Part shown: in pieces, positions 50,016 through 63,419 of the stretch
Layout of the letters: every line of letters begins with the position of its first letter
How positions within the stretch are numbered: the first letter of the stretch is position 1
Origin: Camelus dromedarius
Taxonomy: Eukaryota
NCBI RefSeq assembly: GCF_036321535.1
Contig: NC_087436.1
Span: 62,188,001 to 62,252,000 of the forward strand
Direction: 5' to 3'
Length of the DNA stretch: 64,000 bases
Program-made: the position numbers and the translations under genes
Notes under the pieces: model-generated
The model's database searches: none
Seen by the model: the letters and a program-made list of their open reading frames with translations, nothing else
What the model was told of the DNA's origin: nothing

Positions 50016-52789
50016 CATGGTCATTAAAATAACATTTGCCAATTAAACATATAATTTGTAATCATATACGAGTTAAATAATTGATGAAAGATTTAACACT
50101 GGTTCATAGAAAATTGTCTTGACAGTTCTAACCTGGGATGCTTGGTACATTTGTCCCTTAAGAACAGTTCTAAATCCCAAGACATTCCTGTGATATCCAT
50201 ATTCTTTCTTTTCTTTCTCCTTCCTTACTTCCCCCTCTCCTCAAAACAACACATAAAAAATGATTTTTCCACTGTAATTGTTTGTTTTTATCTCTTTTTC
50301 CTGACTCTTTAAAGAACAAAACACAAGTCTACATAATTTTCTTATTTTCCTCAATATGAGACATTCATGCTGCATTATTTTTAGTTCTAAGGTTTAACTG
50401 GAAGAGGTGGTCAAAGTAGGGCAAGGGATTTATATATTACATGGGGAAACTCTATGGCGATGAAAATTCTCCTCCTAAGGCCATGTCTACTTATACCAGT
50501 ATGGAAAAAAGCAAAGTTGCAAATAGATACTCATGACACACACACACACACACACAAAATCCAGGCACATTTCAAGGTAAAATCAGTTCCAGACTCTACT
50601 GGGCAATTTATAATAGCAACAGGCCTCCATAGAAGCTCTGGAATGAAGAGAAGGATGGAGTTTGGGAGAGGATGAGTAGGATGAAGATGAGGCAGAGGCT
50701 GGAGCTGTGACAACGACTTAGGCTGGTAAATCTCTCAGTTCTACCAGGCCAGATCAATACTGAGGGAGTACAAAGAACAGGTTTAGCCAATCCTCGCCAA
50801 GCCAATCATGTGGCTAAAGGCAGAAGGACAGAAAATCTTACATGACAAGAGCAGAAGAGAAGCAAAAGTCATTTACATATTGCATCTTTCCAATGAAGTA
50901 GTTGTTATTTGCTGGTGACAGTGTACTTTATGCAGTTGTATATGAGACAGCAACCTTCAATATAGATATTGATGGACAGAACATTTTTTCAAACTAGTAC
51001 AAGTTTTAGAGAGCCATAGTTATGAAAGCTCATCTTAGTATTAGCAACAAAACCTTTATGATCTACAAAATTGTTTCATGATTTTGATTTGTGATCTTAA
51101 AAATAATAAAGTAAATTTCTTATACTGTGCAATCAATATAATCTTGCCCCACTGTTTTGCAACTGGGTAGGTACAGTTTTAACACAAACTATGGTGTACT
51201 CCAGCTACCTCTGAAACTCTTTTATTTTCTGTATATAATTAACTGAATAATGAAGCTAAACAAATAGAGAGAGAAGAAATTTCCCCTTTTGCTTAGAAAA
51301 TTCCCAGCAGGCTTGGCAATATAAACCTTGTAATTCAAGGCCTTAAGCAGGAAGAGTGAGGAAGACATGGGACACGTGTGTTGTGTCTTTTTTACCAAAA
51401 ATCTAACAAATAATTTTAAGTGTTATTTCCGTAATCTAGCAATGGCTGGTTTAAAAGGAGTTTTCCTAGTAGAACTGTGTCATTTTTTGTGTTATATCAA
51501 ACAAAAATTGGAAACGCAATTGCTAGTATATTAAAAGGAAGATAAAAATATGTGTGCTGCAATGAAATGCTGGTCTAACTGCTCATTTGAGTAGCTGGTA
51601 CTTTTGGCAATAACCTTTATAAAGCATTCAGATCTCATCAGTAAATGAATTTACCCACTGAAGTAGATATAACTGAAATGTTAAATATGACAATTAGATA
51701 AAAGGAAGTAGCAATCATTGGAGTCTGGTTTTTGGATATGTGACTCAGAGCATGACAAAGCTGTTCATTACTCACAGGATATGTGAGGCAGAACAGTCAA
51801 ACAACTCTTCATTATTCAGGGAATACCATCTTTGGCCTTGCGGTTTGACTTTTCTACCTTTTAACCCAAACTGCACTGAGGGCCTGCATAGTCAATTCCT
51901 AAAGTCATCCTTCAGTGATAGCAGGCCGACTGTGATACAATTTCATGGGTCCCATGGTACTTCAGTGATACATGTGCAAATAGCCTTTTGTATTTTTGTG
52001 GCACCATTCCCCCATGGAGCTCAAAGGACTCAGAGCTCCTAAATCCTCCCAACATTACCTTTGAGGTGGGAGTAGAGATCCCTGGTAACATAATTCACAT
52101 GCAGGTAAATATACTGCAGGGTAAGTCCTATCTCTTATAAAGAAATTAGATATAATAAAAAGCCTCTTAAAATAGTATTGACCATTAATATAGGTACTGT
52201 TAGAGTTGCTCAATTTGTTCAATAACTATCTATTAAAAAGCTACCTGTGAAATACTGTGTTTGATGTACTTAATTATTATGCTCTGACACTATAACAATA
52301 GCTGCCACTTACTGAGTGTCTATCATGAGTGATTTTTTGGGCTAAACACTTTTTATGCATTCCTTGTCATTCCTCCGAATAAAAATTCAAGATAAATTTA
52401 TGTGTGAGAAACCAGTTTTTCTGATAGTAGGCTGCCCAAATTCACATTGCTAGAGTGTTGTTGGTGCTGGCGATCAAACTCAATTATACCTGATTCTAGA
52501 ACTGTTATTTTATCCTATGTCAGGTAGTTTCCTATTAATGGAAAAAATCACCTAACCCCAATTAAGATTATCCTTTCAGCTGAAAAAAACAATTTTCTGT
52601 AAGTTCTTTAGCAAATAATAATAAGCAAATCATAGAACTTTAGAGCTGGAAAATATACTAGGATCATTTAATTCTCTCAGAAATGATATTAAAAAGACTT
52701 TAACAAAGTAAATCAAAAGTATTACCTCCTTCATAACTGATACCATACTTATAGATTGATCGATTGATTGATAGATCGATAGATCTTTA

Positions 52790-53690
52790 CACTATCTTGC
52801 TTCTTAAGGTATTTAGCAATTGAAATAAAACTCAGGTTTACCTGTCTTTTTTTATATATCTATATGAATATTATCTATTTATCAATCTATTTATCTACTT
52901 AGATTAATTAGAGGTTGTTGTTGTTTGTGCAGGCACTTTGAACATAGGCTTACTCACTTTAAAGTGTACAATGGCAGTCATAACAGGTTGGTATCCTTTC
53001 ATGACTTTGGTATCAGTGAATTGGAGTTTATGATTGTGACTTTAGTATCCCCAGTGATACACACAAAGACAATAGAAGTTACCAGTCTTCCTTTAAGTCA
53101 CTATTAATAAATATCATAAAGATCTTTGACTATTCCCTCTAAATTTAGTTTACTTTCATACCATCCTAATGCAGGTAGAGTGAAGCCTGGATTTAGCTAA
53201 CATCAAATAAATTTAAAGATCCCAGCCAAGTAAATATTTTTCAATCAGTATTGGACACGGTTTTTGTAGGTAAATATTCACAATTACGTACATGCTACAT
53301 AAATATAATATCATATACACAATAAATATAAGTTTTTAAACCACCTGGTTATACTTAGTGGCTTAAGAAACTTCAGAATACAAATGCTATCTAAACAGAG
53401 TTTATGATGATAATTGAATGTGAGACCCATCTTTGCAATACAAGAGGGCCCTCAACAGGCTTACTAACTCTAAGTACTGTTACTCTATTCGAAACAATGG
53501 GGTAAAATACAAAACTGGTGCCCTGACTAACATCATGAAATACTAATAACTATGCAATATGGTAACTAGACAAATATTAGACTATACCATCTTGCTTCTT
53601 AAATTACTTGACAATTGAAATAAAACTTAGGTTCACCTGTGTTTTTCATATACCTATATGAATATCTAGCCATCTAATCTTTCTATCCTG
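52790..53690 (+). repeat. Dispersed ~80-bp direct repeat, two copies 795 bp apart
   Basis: ATCTTGCTTCTTAA...CAATTGAAATAAAACT(C/T)AGGTT(T/C)ACCTGT...CTATATGAATAT starts at 52794 and again at 53589. Confidence 0.85.
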
Positions 53691-54742
53691 TTTTAAAATG
53701 CTGCTAAATGTGAGAATTTTTTTTTTTACATATGAGTTTAACATTTATCTTATAGTACTGAATTTTTTCCCTAGCATTGGTTGTATCTTTGCTATAATTG
53801 GTATGGCGATTATAATATCCATAATGAGATGTGAAAAATATAAAAGAAGTATATTGTTCTATAAATTAATTCTATTTATAATACATTGGCAATTTAATGA
53901 CAGAAAATATAATCTTTGTGAATTTCATATAATCTCTCCAAATTCAGGATTCTTCCCCCTTTCTTTTCCCCTGGGGTAGCGTCTAAGTTTCAGGAAATAA
54001 GGCATTAGGTATGGAGTCATCTGCTATTGGTTGATGTCAGTCTATATTGGTATTTGTTAAAAATTACATTACCTATCTAGTTCACGGTTAGCCTCAAACT
54101 TTACCATTGGCATCCATTCAGATCTCCATGTTTCCAGCTGTATGGTCCACACTGTTTCATACTGCAGCAAACTCTCATCACAATCATTGGATATTTTTGA
54201 TTCCCCTTTTCTTCTCAATAAACTTGTAACTATTCATCAGAGAAACAGAAGAGTTTAGCTGCCTTTTAGGACTAGGGGTTCCAGAAAATACTTGGTGGGA
54301 TGCCTCAGATGCAACTTATAACCATGCCTAATCTTCTGCCAATATATCATGTTGGGTGGTTCTGTGTATGATGTTTATTTAATTTTATGTCAACTTGACT
54401 AACCTAAAGAATGCCCAGATAACTGGTAAAACATTATTTCTGAATGTATCTGTGTAGATGTTTCTGGAAGATACTAGCATTTGATTCAGTAGTGTGAGTA
54501 GAGAGAGGTTCACTCTTCCCAATGTGGGAAGCTATTATCCAATCCATTAGGGGCTCACATAGATCAAATGCACTAAGGAAGAGTAAAATTTTCCATCTTT
54601 TTTAGCTGAGACATTTATCCTCCCTTGCTTTTGGACATGAAACATTCTGATTCTCATGCTTTCAGACTCTGAGATTTGAACTAGTAGCCCTCTGGTTCTC
54701 AGGCCTTTGACCTCAGATAAGGAGTCATACCACTGGCTCCCT

Positions 54743-54792
54743 TTGGACTTGGATTGGACTTGGATTGGACTTGGATTGGACTTGGATTGGAT
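54743..54792. repeat. 11-bp minisatellite (TTGGACTTGGA) x ~4.5
   Basis: Directly visible. Confidence 0.9.
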
Positions 54793-54904
54793 TATACCAC
54801 CAGCTTTTCTGGTTGGTTCTCCAGCTTCCAAATGGCCGATCCTTGGACTTCTCAGACTCCCTAACCACATGAACCAATCCCTATAATAAATCTCTTCTTA
54901 TGTT

Positions 54905-54949
54905 ATCTATATCTATATCTATTCTGTGTCATCTATATCTATATCTTTA

Positions 54950-55003
<54 letters not shown>

Positions 55004-55098
55004 CCTATCTATCTACCTATCTACCTATCTATCTACCTACCTACCTACCTACCTACCTACCTACCTACCTATCTATCCATCCTTCCATCTGTCTATAT
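54905..55098. repeat. Compound (TCTA)n/(CCTA)n microsatellite
   Basis: Directly visible. It generates the LSIY/LPTY pseudo-ORFs. Confidence 0.95.
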
Positions 55099-56899
55099 CT
55101 TATTGGTGCTTATTCTCTGGAGAACCCTGACTAATACAGTGGGGATCTGAAATTCTATTGTTTACCAAATATAAGATTAGAAATAAGGCACAGGCTTGTT
55201 CAGTTTCTTGGTACCAAAAACTATCTATAGTTTTATTACCACCACCTTCAAAGTTTAGTCTGAGAGAAGGGTGTTGAGATTGTTCTGAGGATCACCTCAA
55301 GAATAAAGTCTTCAAATTTATTTCTGATTATATCCTTTCCCAACCCACAGTTGAAGATAAGAAAATCAACAGACAAGAATTTATTTACTCAAACTGCTAT
55401 TTATGGGAAGCCCCTGACTTTGAAAGTTGGAATACCACAACATGATTTCTTTGTTTGTTTTCGGTTTTGCATTTGAGCTATGGTCTAACTTCTCTGGAGA
55501 ACAGAAGCCAAGTTATAGTTTGAATGGTTGAAGACTGAAAGGTTAAATGAAGGGAAAACAAAAGATAACACAGCCAAGAAAACACATAGATCCACATTGG
55601 TTAATGCTGCAAAATTTTATCTCACCACATAATCCTTGAGTTAACATACTTTTAAAAACCATAATAATATATTCCATTTCTCACAATAACTCTGTGAGAA
55701 ATACAAGACATGATCAATTTGACCCATTTTATTTCTAAGGAAAATTTTGCTCTTGTAGTTTGCGTGTCGTGTATATTCATTTAGCTAGAATTTACACTTG
55801 AGAACAAATGCTATTTTAACATTCTAAGCTTCAAGAGAAATAATAAAATTAGACATAACAACTACTTGATAAGCAACTAAATAGTTTAAAATGTCCATAA
55901 TCATAACTAATTACTTGTATTAATGTTATTAAATACCAATTCGATGTTTATACCCCATTATATAAAAAATGGTATATATAAAAAAAGAGAAACAAGATTT
56001 ATCATTACTGGCTTTATTATATAGTTTTCTGATTCAACTGAAAAAAATGTTTAAATTCAATTTTTTAACTTTATTAATAGTGTTCCAATTGCTACAAAAA
56101 ATAACATTTAATTGTATTAAAGTTTATCAGTGTGATACTTTTCATGGCTCAAATTTATTTTTTGACTTTCACTTATATTTATGTATATGAAATATATCCT
56201 AATGTTTAGAGAAATTATATAATATTTTACCTACTTAAACTTTAAGTCTTGCCACAGACATTTAAGCTGGTGACATATTTTACCAAAATTCAAATAAAAT
56301 TCTTTCACATTATTTCAATCAGTTTAGAGTCAGTGGCTTAGAATTTAATAATCATAATATTTGAGTGAACACTGTGGGAATCCATCCAAATTGTCCTTGG
56401 AAAAACTTACGTCACAGAGTTACTTAAGGTCATTATTACAAGAAGCCTCTCCAAATTCATTCTACTCAAAATTACAGATTGATTGAATATGTGAGTGAAT
56501 CATTAATAATCTCAAAGCACATTAACAACTATAGAGAAAAAAATTTAACCTATTTTGAGCACATGTACTTGGCTAACTTTCGAGAGCACTATGAATTAGT
56601 TGTACCATGCTGTTGTATTCAGACTTGTTACATTACTGTCTCCTGATATCTCCTCTACTATATTTCCTTCATTTTCTGAATAAACAATTTACACACATTC
56701 CATTAATGTGCAAATAGAATTAACATAATTGGACAGTCCACTCCCTTTCTCATTCCTCAAAACAAAATTTTACTGTGACAAAATAAAAAATAAATGACTT
56801 TTACAAATAAGTTTTAAAATTCAATCATTTGTTGAACATAGAGATATCTTCTTCCCAGATGATACAGTCCCATTCAATGGCTTTAACTATGAGTGAGTT

Positions 56900-58470
56900 T
56901 ATAAAATCAACTGACTTTAGTCAATTGGATTCCTATATACCAGCAGTGAACAAGAAAATTCTTAAATAAAAAATATAATAGGCCTAAATAAATAAAATAT
57001 AAATAAAACAAAATAAGTATAAAGCTAACAAAATAAATGCATAATTTGTGTGCTGAAAATGACAACACACTGATGAAAGAAATAAAAGATGATCTAAATA
57101 AATTGGGAGATATATCTTGCTAATGCACTGGAAAATTCAACATTGTTAAGATTTCAATACCCTTTTATTTAAAGAGTCAATGTAATCCCAGTGAAAATTC
57201 TGCCATTGGTTTTTGGAAATATGAAGTTGATTCCAAAATTTACATGGAAAAGCCAAAGGTACTTAATAGCCAAATCAATTCTGAAAAAAGAACAGTCAGA
57301 AGACTCACATTGCCTGGCATTAAGAACTACCATGAATCTATAGTAACCAAGCAGGTATTGGTGGAAGGATAGACACGGATGAATGGAATAGGATAGAGAG
57401 CCTAGAAACAAACTCACACCAATACAGCCAATTGTATTTTGACAAAGATGCAAAATCATTTCAATGGAGAAATAACTGCCACTTCAAAAAAATCAAAAAT
57501 TGATGCTGGAACAATTGTACATATCTATATGCAAACAACAACAATAACAAACTTCAAGAAAACGAATCTAAAATTTATCTCCCTGAGAGTAAGATGTCAG
57601 ACACAAAGGGCTACATACTATAGGAATTCATTCATATGACACTCATGAAAAAGCAAAATTATATGGCTGGGAAACAAATCAGTGGTTACCAGGGGTTGGA
57701 GAATTGGGAGTAGCTGAGTAAAACAGAACACATAGGATAATTTTTAGGGTCATTAAAGTTCTCTCTATGGTTTTGAGGTGGTAGACCCATGACTCCATAC
57801 ATTTTGCAAAATCTATAGAACTGTACGTTGCAAATAATTAATTTTAATGTATACAACTTTAAAAAATCAACCAGGAGTTCAGGGATCACAGGATGTAAAG
57901 CAAACTGTTACAAAAGACAGTAATTGTATTATAAATATAGAGCATAACCTCCCTGAAGAGGGCAGGTAAAAATGATAATTGATTTAAGTAACTGAAAAAT
58001 GGTGTTTTCACTGGAAATCAAAATGTTTCTCACAAAGGAATGGGTTAACAATTCTCAAACTCTTTTTCACATATACTGGAGTTGAATAAGCAAGTAAACG
58101 GATGGTAGATGGTGAACGGTTGGAGACAGGTTTCTCAGTGTTGGACGGGGAAGTTACAGATAAGCAAAGAAGACTGGAATGAACCATGTTCTGCTGCATT
58201 AGAATTGGAGACATCAGTATGGACTTTTTTTAGCTTAATATATAATGAAATAATCATAGATGTGTGTCTATACATTGGTTAGAAGATATATATTTCCTAA
58301 CTTTGTCCACATAGAGGGCCCAGAATTAGTGATACCCCAACAGCCACGAGCCGGCCCAACACTTGGTTTCTAATACCATTCTCCAATAAAAGGAACAAAG
58401 ATTCCTTTGGAGGAATGGCTGATTTAGGAGTGAGACAGAGAAACTAAACGATGAGCTTGGAGCTCATAAG
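56900..58470 (+). mobile_element. L1M ORF2 fragment joined to L1MC/MD-like 3'UTR
   Basis: AACACACTGATGAAAGAAATAAAAGATGATCTAAATAAATTGGGAGATATATC...GTTGATTCCAAAATTTACATGGAAA, then 3'UTR motifs (AAACAAATCAGTGGTTACCAGGGGTT, TAATACCATTCTCCAATAAAAGGAAC). Confidence 0.85.
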
Positions 58471-59799
58471 AATTAAGAATTCTTCTTTACACTTATCTGA
58501 GATTTTGAGTTCATACCTTAAACAATTTTCAAATTTGTTAATTGGGCATTTGAAGTCCATTCATTTTTCCCTAGAAACTGACACAATTGATAACCCTAAA
58601 TTGATTCATGGTTTGGTTCTTTGTTTTTACTCTGATAATAAAGAGTTTAGCATCAGGACCATAATGTTGTACACAGGAATATTAACTATACAGATAATAG
58701 TTTATTTAGCTATTTTTTCTTATCTATTAGATATCACTTTAGATTATGTCTTAGAGAATAAGATCATGTAAATTTAGCAAAAAATGTCTTTATTTGCTTT
58801 TATAGCACCTTGTATTTCAGCTATGTAACTGACCACTCTGTACTGTAACTGATGTATCTCCTTCAACAGAGTGCAAATTTTGTTACAGGGAAAGGATCCA
58901 CGTTTGTCAATTAATTCCTAATGGTTGACTCAGTTCCCCATAGCTTATAACTCAAAAAATGTTTCGTTTGTTAATTCAAAAATATGTATATGTGTTTATA
59001 TCCAGAAGAATATGACACTATTTATTTTGATTACCCTTAGATAGCAAACTAATTAATTTCCCATGTGAAGTGAACTAAATTAAAACTATATTAATGGAAA
59101 ACACTTCAATTCCACAAAATTATTACCTGTAGATGTCCTTTAGAACATTTCTATAAATAGGGTCCCATATGGTCTTCAATTATAAGGCCTTCTCTAAGAA
59201 CACAAGCCATATTACAGCAACAAGGTTCCCTTCTGTGCTACTAAGTCAGGGACATGAACATGCTTCTTAGGAAGTCCTCCCATATGACAGGAATCCAGAA
59301 ATTTTTTTTTTCCTTGGAAAAAAAATTTTTCCCAGGTACACTGAAAAATGCATTGTATTCCTCCAATTGAATATTTGTGGGTTTATTACCAAGATTAAAG
59401 TTATCAGTGGGAAAAACGTAATGGTGGGAAACCATCTAAGTAGTGGAAGTCTCAAAACCGATGAAGGTATAACTGATAATATTTTAGACATAGCTGCTTT
59501 TAAGTTTGAATCACAAATGATTCTTTCAAGTGTTGTCAGCAAAAAATAGAAAAATGCACGTCTGGAGCTTCAGAAAAACAATGGCGCTTCAGAGGTATTC
59601 ACAATAATGACTACTAGTAATAGCATCCACAGCAATAATAGCCACTTAATATCTGTAATGAATGCACCATGTATGCCAGAAACTGTGCAATAAACATTAC
59701 CTACAGAGTTCCCTCTAACAGATGTTACTTCTCTGAGTTATGGATAACTGCACTTATTTTATGGTTGAGATTGCCAAGGGAGAGAATGCCAGGAAAGAA

Positions 59800-60560
59800 A
59801 ACTCAAGACTGTGGATAGAACTTTGGGAATGTGTTAGGGAATGATAATGAGAAAAGAAAGTATAAAATGACACAGAAAGTTCAGCTTCTCAGAAATTATG
59901 AGAACAGATTCATGAAGTATCAAGTGGTACCAAGAAGTGGAAGAGGATACGAGGAGGTGGTAATTAAGGACAATGTACCAAACAGAAGAATGGCAGTAGC
60001 ATGTGGCAAGTTCAGATGGCTAAAGGTGATAGTAATGGGGATGAGATGCTCTCTGAAGCAGTTACCTAACGGGATGAAGGAAGGATATTTTGTTCTTTAG
60101 GAAGTGGAAGTAAGAAGGGAAAGTATTTCAGACTGTGGCAAGGATTCACGAGTGTGATATTTAAGAGTCATGGGCAAAAAAAAAAGTTTAATTTGTGAAA
60201 GAAGGAGGCTCCTTGTATTTGGATCTGACTCATAGTAGTTTGTCAGTAATTATTTGTCAAATAAAAACTTACGTGAAAATTAATTTAGCAAGATCCCTGG
60301 AAAGAAACAAAAGATAGGATCAAGAAAATATGTGAGGAGGCACACCTTGGAAAAATGTAGAAGCTCTTCTTTCTATAATTCGTGTCAAAAAATCCGCTCA
60401 GAGCTAGTGGAAATAGTCACTTGGAGAGGAAAAGGAACAAGGGGAGCTGAGGAAGTTCATTACTGATAGTCCTTACACCTCGGGAGAGTAGAGAGCTAGG
60501 ACATCTGAAGAAAGTGAGAGCCACAGCAGCAGGATAAGAGCTTGAAAAGAATGAAAAATT
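59800..60560 (-). mobile_element. Highly diverged L2-like fragment
   Basis: Purine-rich antisense L2-like text. Weak match. Confidence 0.4.
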
Positions 60561-60769
60561 GGTCATAGGTATACACTGGCACTCTGGAAAACTGAACTGT
60601 CAAGCAATAAGAGGTGAGATATTTATGAAAATTACACAGCATTAAGAAATATCTTAAGCAAATTTAACAACAGGAATTAGCAAGCACTCTAAATACCAGA
60701 TGAAGACCTGGGGGAAGGGGGCTTGAGGGTGGGGAATCAAGCCTATGTGTGATGCTCTATCTAGTCTAG

Positions 60770-60950
60770 GACATATTTTCCTAAAATATCATCGGTGCTA
60801 ACTGGATTGCAATCAACTTAGGGGCTTGTTAAAAATGCAAATTCTTGGGCCATAAAATAGTTCTTCTAAATCAGAAACTCTGTAGGTGGGCCCTGTCATC
60901 TGTAATTTAACAACTCCTAGGGTAAAATTTATGCATAGTAAAGTGATACA
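60770..60950. mobile_element. MER5-like hAT-Charlie MITE
   Basis: AATCAACTTAGGGGCTTGTTAAAAATGCAAATTCTTGGGCC...AAATCAGAAACTCTGTAGGTGGGCCC...CTGTAATTTAACAAC. Confidence 0.8.
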
Positions 60951-62829
60951 TGACACAAGGAGAGAAGAGAGGGAGGGAGAGGAAGCTACGGCATGAGAGA
61001 TGTTATAAAGGCACGGGTGGCTGCCAATAGGTAGGTCACCACAATGGGGAGGGTAGAAGAATCTTCTACCTTTCTTACCCATTGTGGTGGCTGAGAGACA
61101 AAAGTTAGGAGCACAGGTCTAATTTTGTTGCATCTAGGGGAATCTACAATTTTCACAACATCTGTGTAATAGGGGGTTTTTAAGAAACTCTCCCTCCATA
61201 GAGAGTTGAAACTTCTTAGTAGTGTACGCAAGTTTTTTTTCTCATGGAAACACAATGATTAGTGAAATTGTAATTATTATTTCTAAGCAAGGCATCACAG
61301 GTATCACTTTTCCCTTGTTCTGTAAGCTGCTCCATGTCTTTATTTTTGCACTGAGGAATTTTGAATGTACATATTTCAACATTCTTCCTTTTGTTCTTTT
61401 GTTCAGAATACTGTAGCTTTATACTATTAAATATACATAATCTGTTTATGAAATGGTTGGTATTTTTGCTACACGTGGGGCATTGCCCATTGCTAGTACT
61501 AATAGGATTCCTCCCTGGGGCTGGGAAGAATTTATTATCAGAAAATCATCACCTTCTCCCTTAGCCTCAGGAAATTCTGCATATAGGATGGTAACATTAC
61601 CTATAATTCTTGTGGAGTATGGCCTATCAATAGGCTGCAGCTATTTCAAACTCTTTATCTTCATTATTTGCCACCAATATTAACACAAAGGATGATTTCC
61701 ATTTGGAATCAGAGGGTTAAAAGCAACACAGATGATTGATAATGTTGTTGGAAATTAGTTTAAATATGGAAAAAAATGGCATGGAGAACCCTTTGACTTC
61801 TGTCTCTTGATTTCCTAAAATTCCCCACTCACTGAAATTAAAATAATTGAATTATGAGCTAGCCCAATATGGGAATCACCCGGAATTCAGGTAGACCACA
61901 AGACAGAGAGACATTAAATATTAAGTTGTAACAACAGCAATTCATGGTCATTTAAGTCAATATATACTAATATATATACAAAAAATACTACAATTTTTAC
62001 ATATACTATGTAAAAATTTCAGGGCTAATAGAAATAATCATAAATGAAACAATTTAAAAATGCCACCAATATTTTTCAGAATGGTATCTTTAATCCTCAA
62101 ATTCAGCCTAAAAGGAGTTTTCAGATTCTTTGTACCTAGAATCATCCAGAAGAGACTGAGGGGAAGAGAATGATGACAAAGTAGCATCAGCAGATGTATT
62201 CAGAGTCTAGTGCTGAAGCAGGAGGGGCCGGAGAAAGAAGGGTTGTAGTTAGACCTATAATGTCTAATTCAAAGGTGAAGGACTCTTACTTCTTAAGTTT
62301 AAAATTTTTTAAGTTCCTTATAATTTTAGAGAAATTATATTTATATCTACACACGATATCACATATATACAATTATAATTAGTATTTAATATTTACTTTT
62401 TCAAGTTTTATTCAAAATTTTAGAGAAAAATCTATAATTACGTCATTTAAAAATTTTTATAATACTCTTTCATTTTTTGTAATATTAGGCAATATTAGAA
62501 AATGGCAAAAAAGTACAGCCATGTCCTTGAAGTTACGTGTAATACTTGGTAGCTTTCACGCCTATCATCCAGTTATCTACTAAACAGGAGTCAGAGAAAT
62601 AATTTTGGTGGAAAAAACAAGACTAAAAATATATATAATAGCATGAATTCTTTTCTTAAAACATTTTTTGTTGTTCTGATGAAATTGTTTTTAAAAGCAG
62701 AATTTGTGTTTCCTGTCATTTTCCAAACATCTGTTTTGTAAATATATCTAGCATCTCAGTATGAACCAACTGAATGCCAATCTAAGTTGTCCATGCTGTT
62801 ACTCTTTATAAAGAAATATTTTTAGAATA

Positions 62830-63030
62830 TTAATTATAAGCCAGGTCACAAGCTAGGCACTGCACGTACATCTAACCCTCACAACAATCCCATAAGCCTT
62901 TCCCTATTTCACATATGGGGCTTCACAGGCACAGAAACAGTGGTAGTAATTAAGAATTCAGAAAGCTGGTTTGGAACCACAGATTCATCTCGCTTTAGAG
63001 AACAGATTCTTCACCCATATACTACAGTGC
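62830..63030 (-). mobile_element. MIR SINE
   Basis: TAACCCTCACAACAATCCCATAAG...CCCTATTTCACATATGGGG matches antisense MIR. Confidence 0.65.
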
Positions 63031-63419
63031 ATCATGACTCATCATAACTCAGAATATGTGATAGAAATAGTAAATTATAGCTTTGATAAAAAATTAAGAA
63101 AAAGATAAGGAATTGTAAACAGCTCACTTATCAAGTAATCTAGACTTGAAAATGCATAAAAATTCACCATGGATACAATCTTGATAATCATGTGCACCAA
63201 AACTCCAGGCGGAAGAAAAGCAATTAGATATTTATAATGATAACGAGGAAACACTGTTAGTTTTAGGATTGAATTAAATAAATCAACCACTGGAACATTA
63301 CTAGAATTTATGTAATTATGTTATTTTTAAAATGCAGATTAATAATTCACAATAGGGTGATTATAACTCACTGATGATTATTATGCTGTCTACAAGAGAG
63401 AAGTAAGGTAATAATTTAC

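Larger units (their letters stand above)
54367..55138 (+). mobile_element. ERVL LTR (MLT2-like) with internal microsatellite expansions
   Basis: TTTTATGTCAACTTGACT...ATGCCCAGATAACTGGTAAAACATTATTTCTG...TCTCTGGAGAACCCTGACTAATACA are MLT2 hallmarks. Confidence 0.9.

Noticed and set aside
54900..55150. ORFs with LSIY/LPTY repeats
   Set aside because: They are translations of the (TCTA)n/(CCTA)n microsatellite.
59241..59549. Overlapping ORFs on both strands
   Set aside because: No recognisable protein similarity or exon structure.
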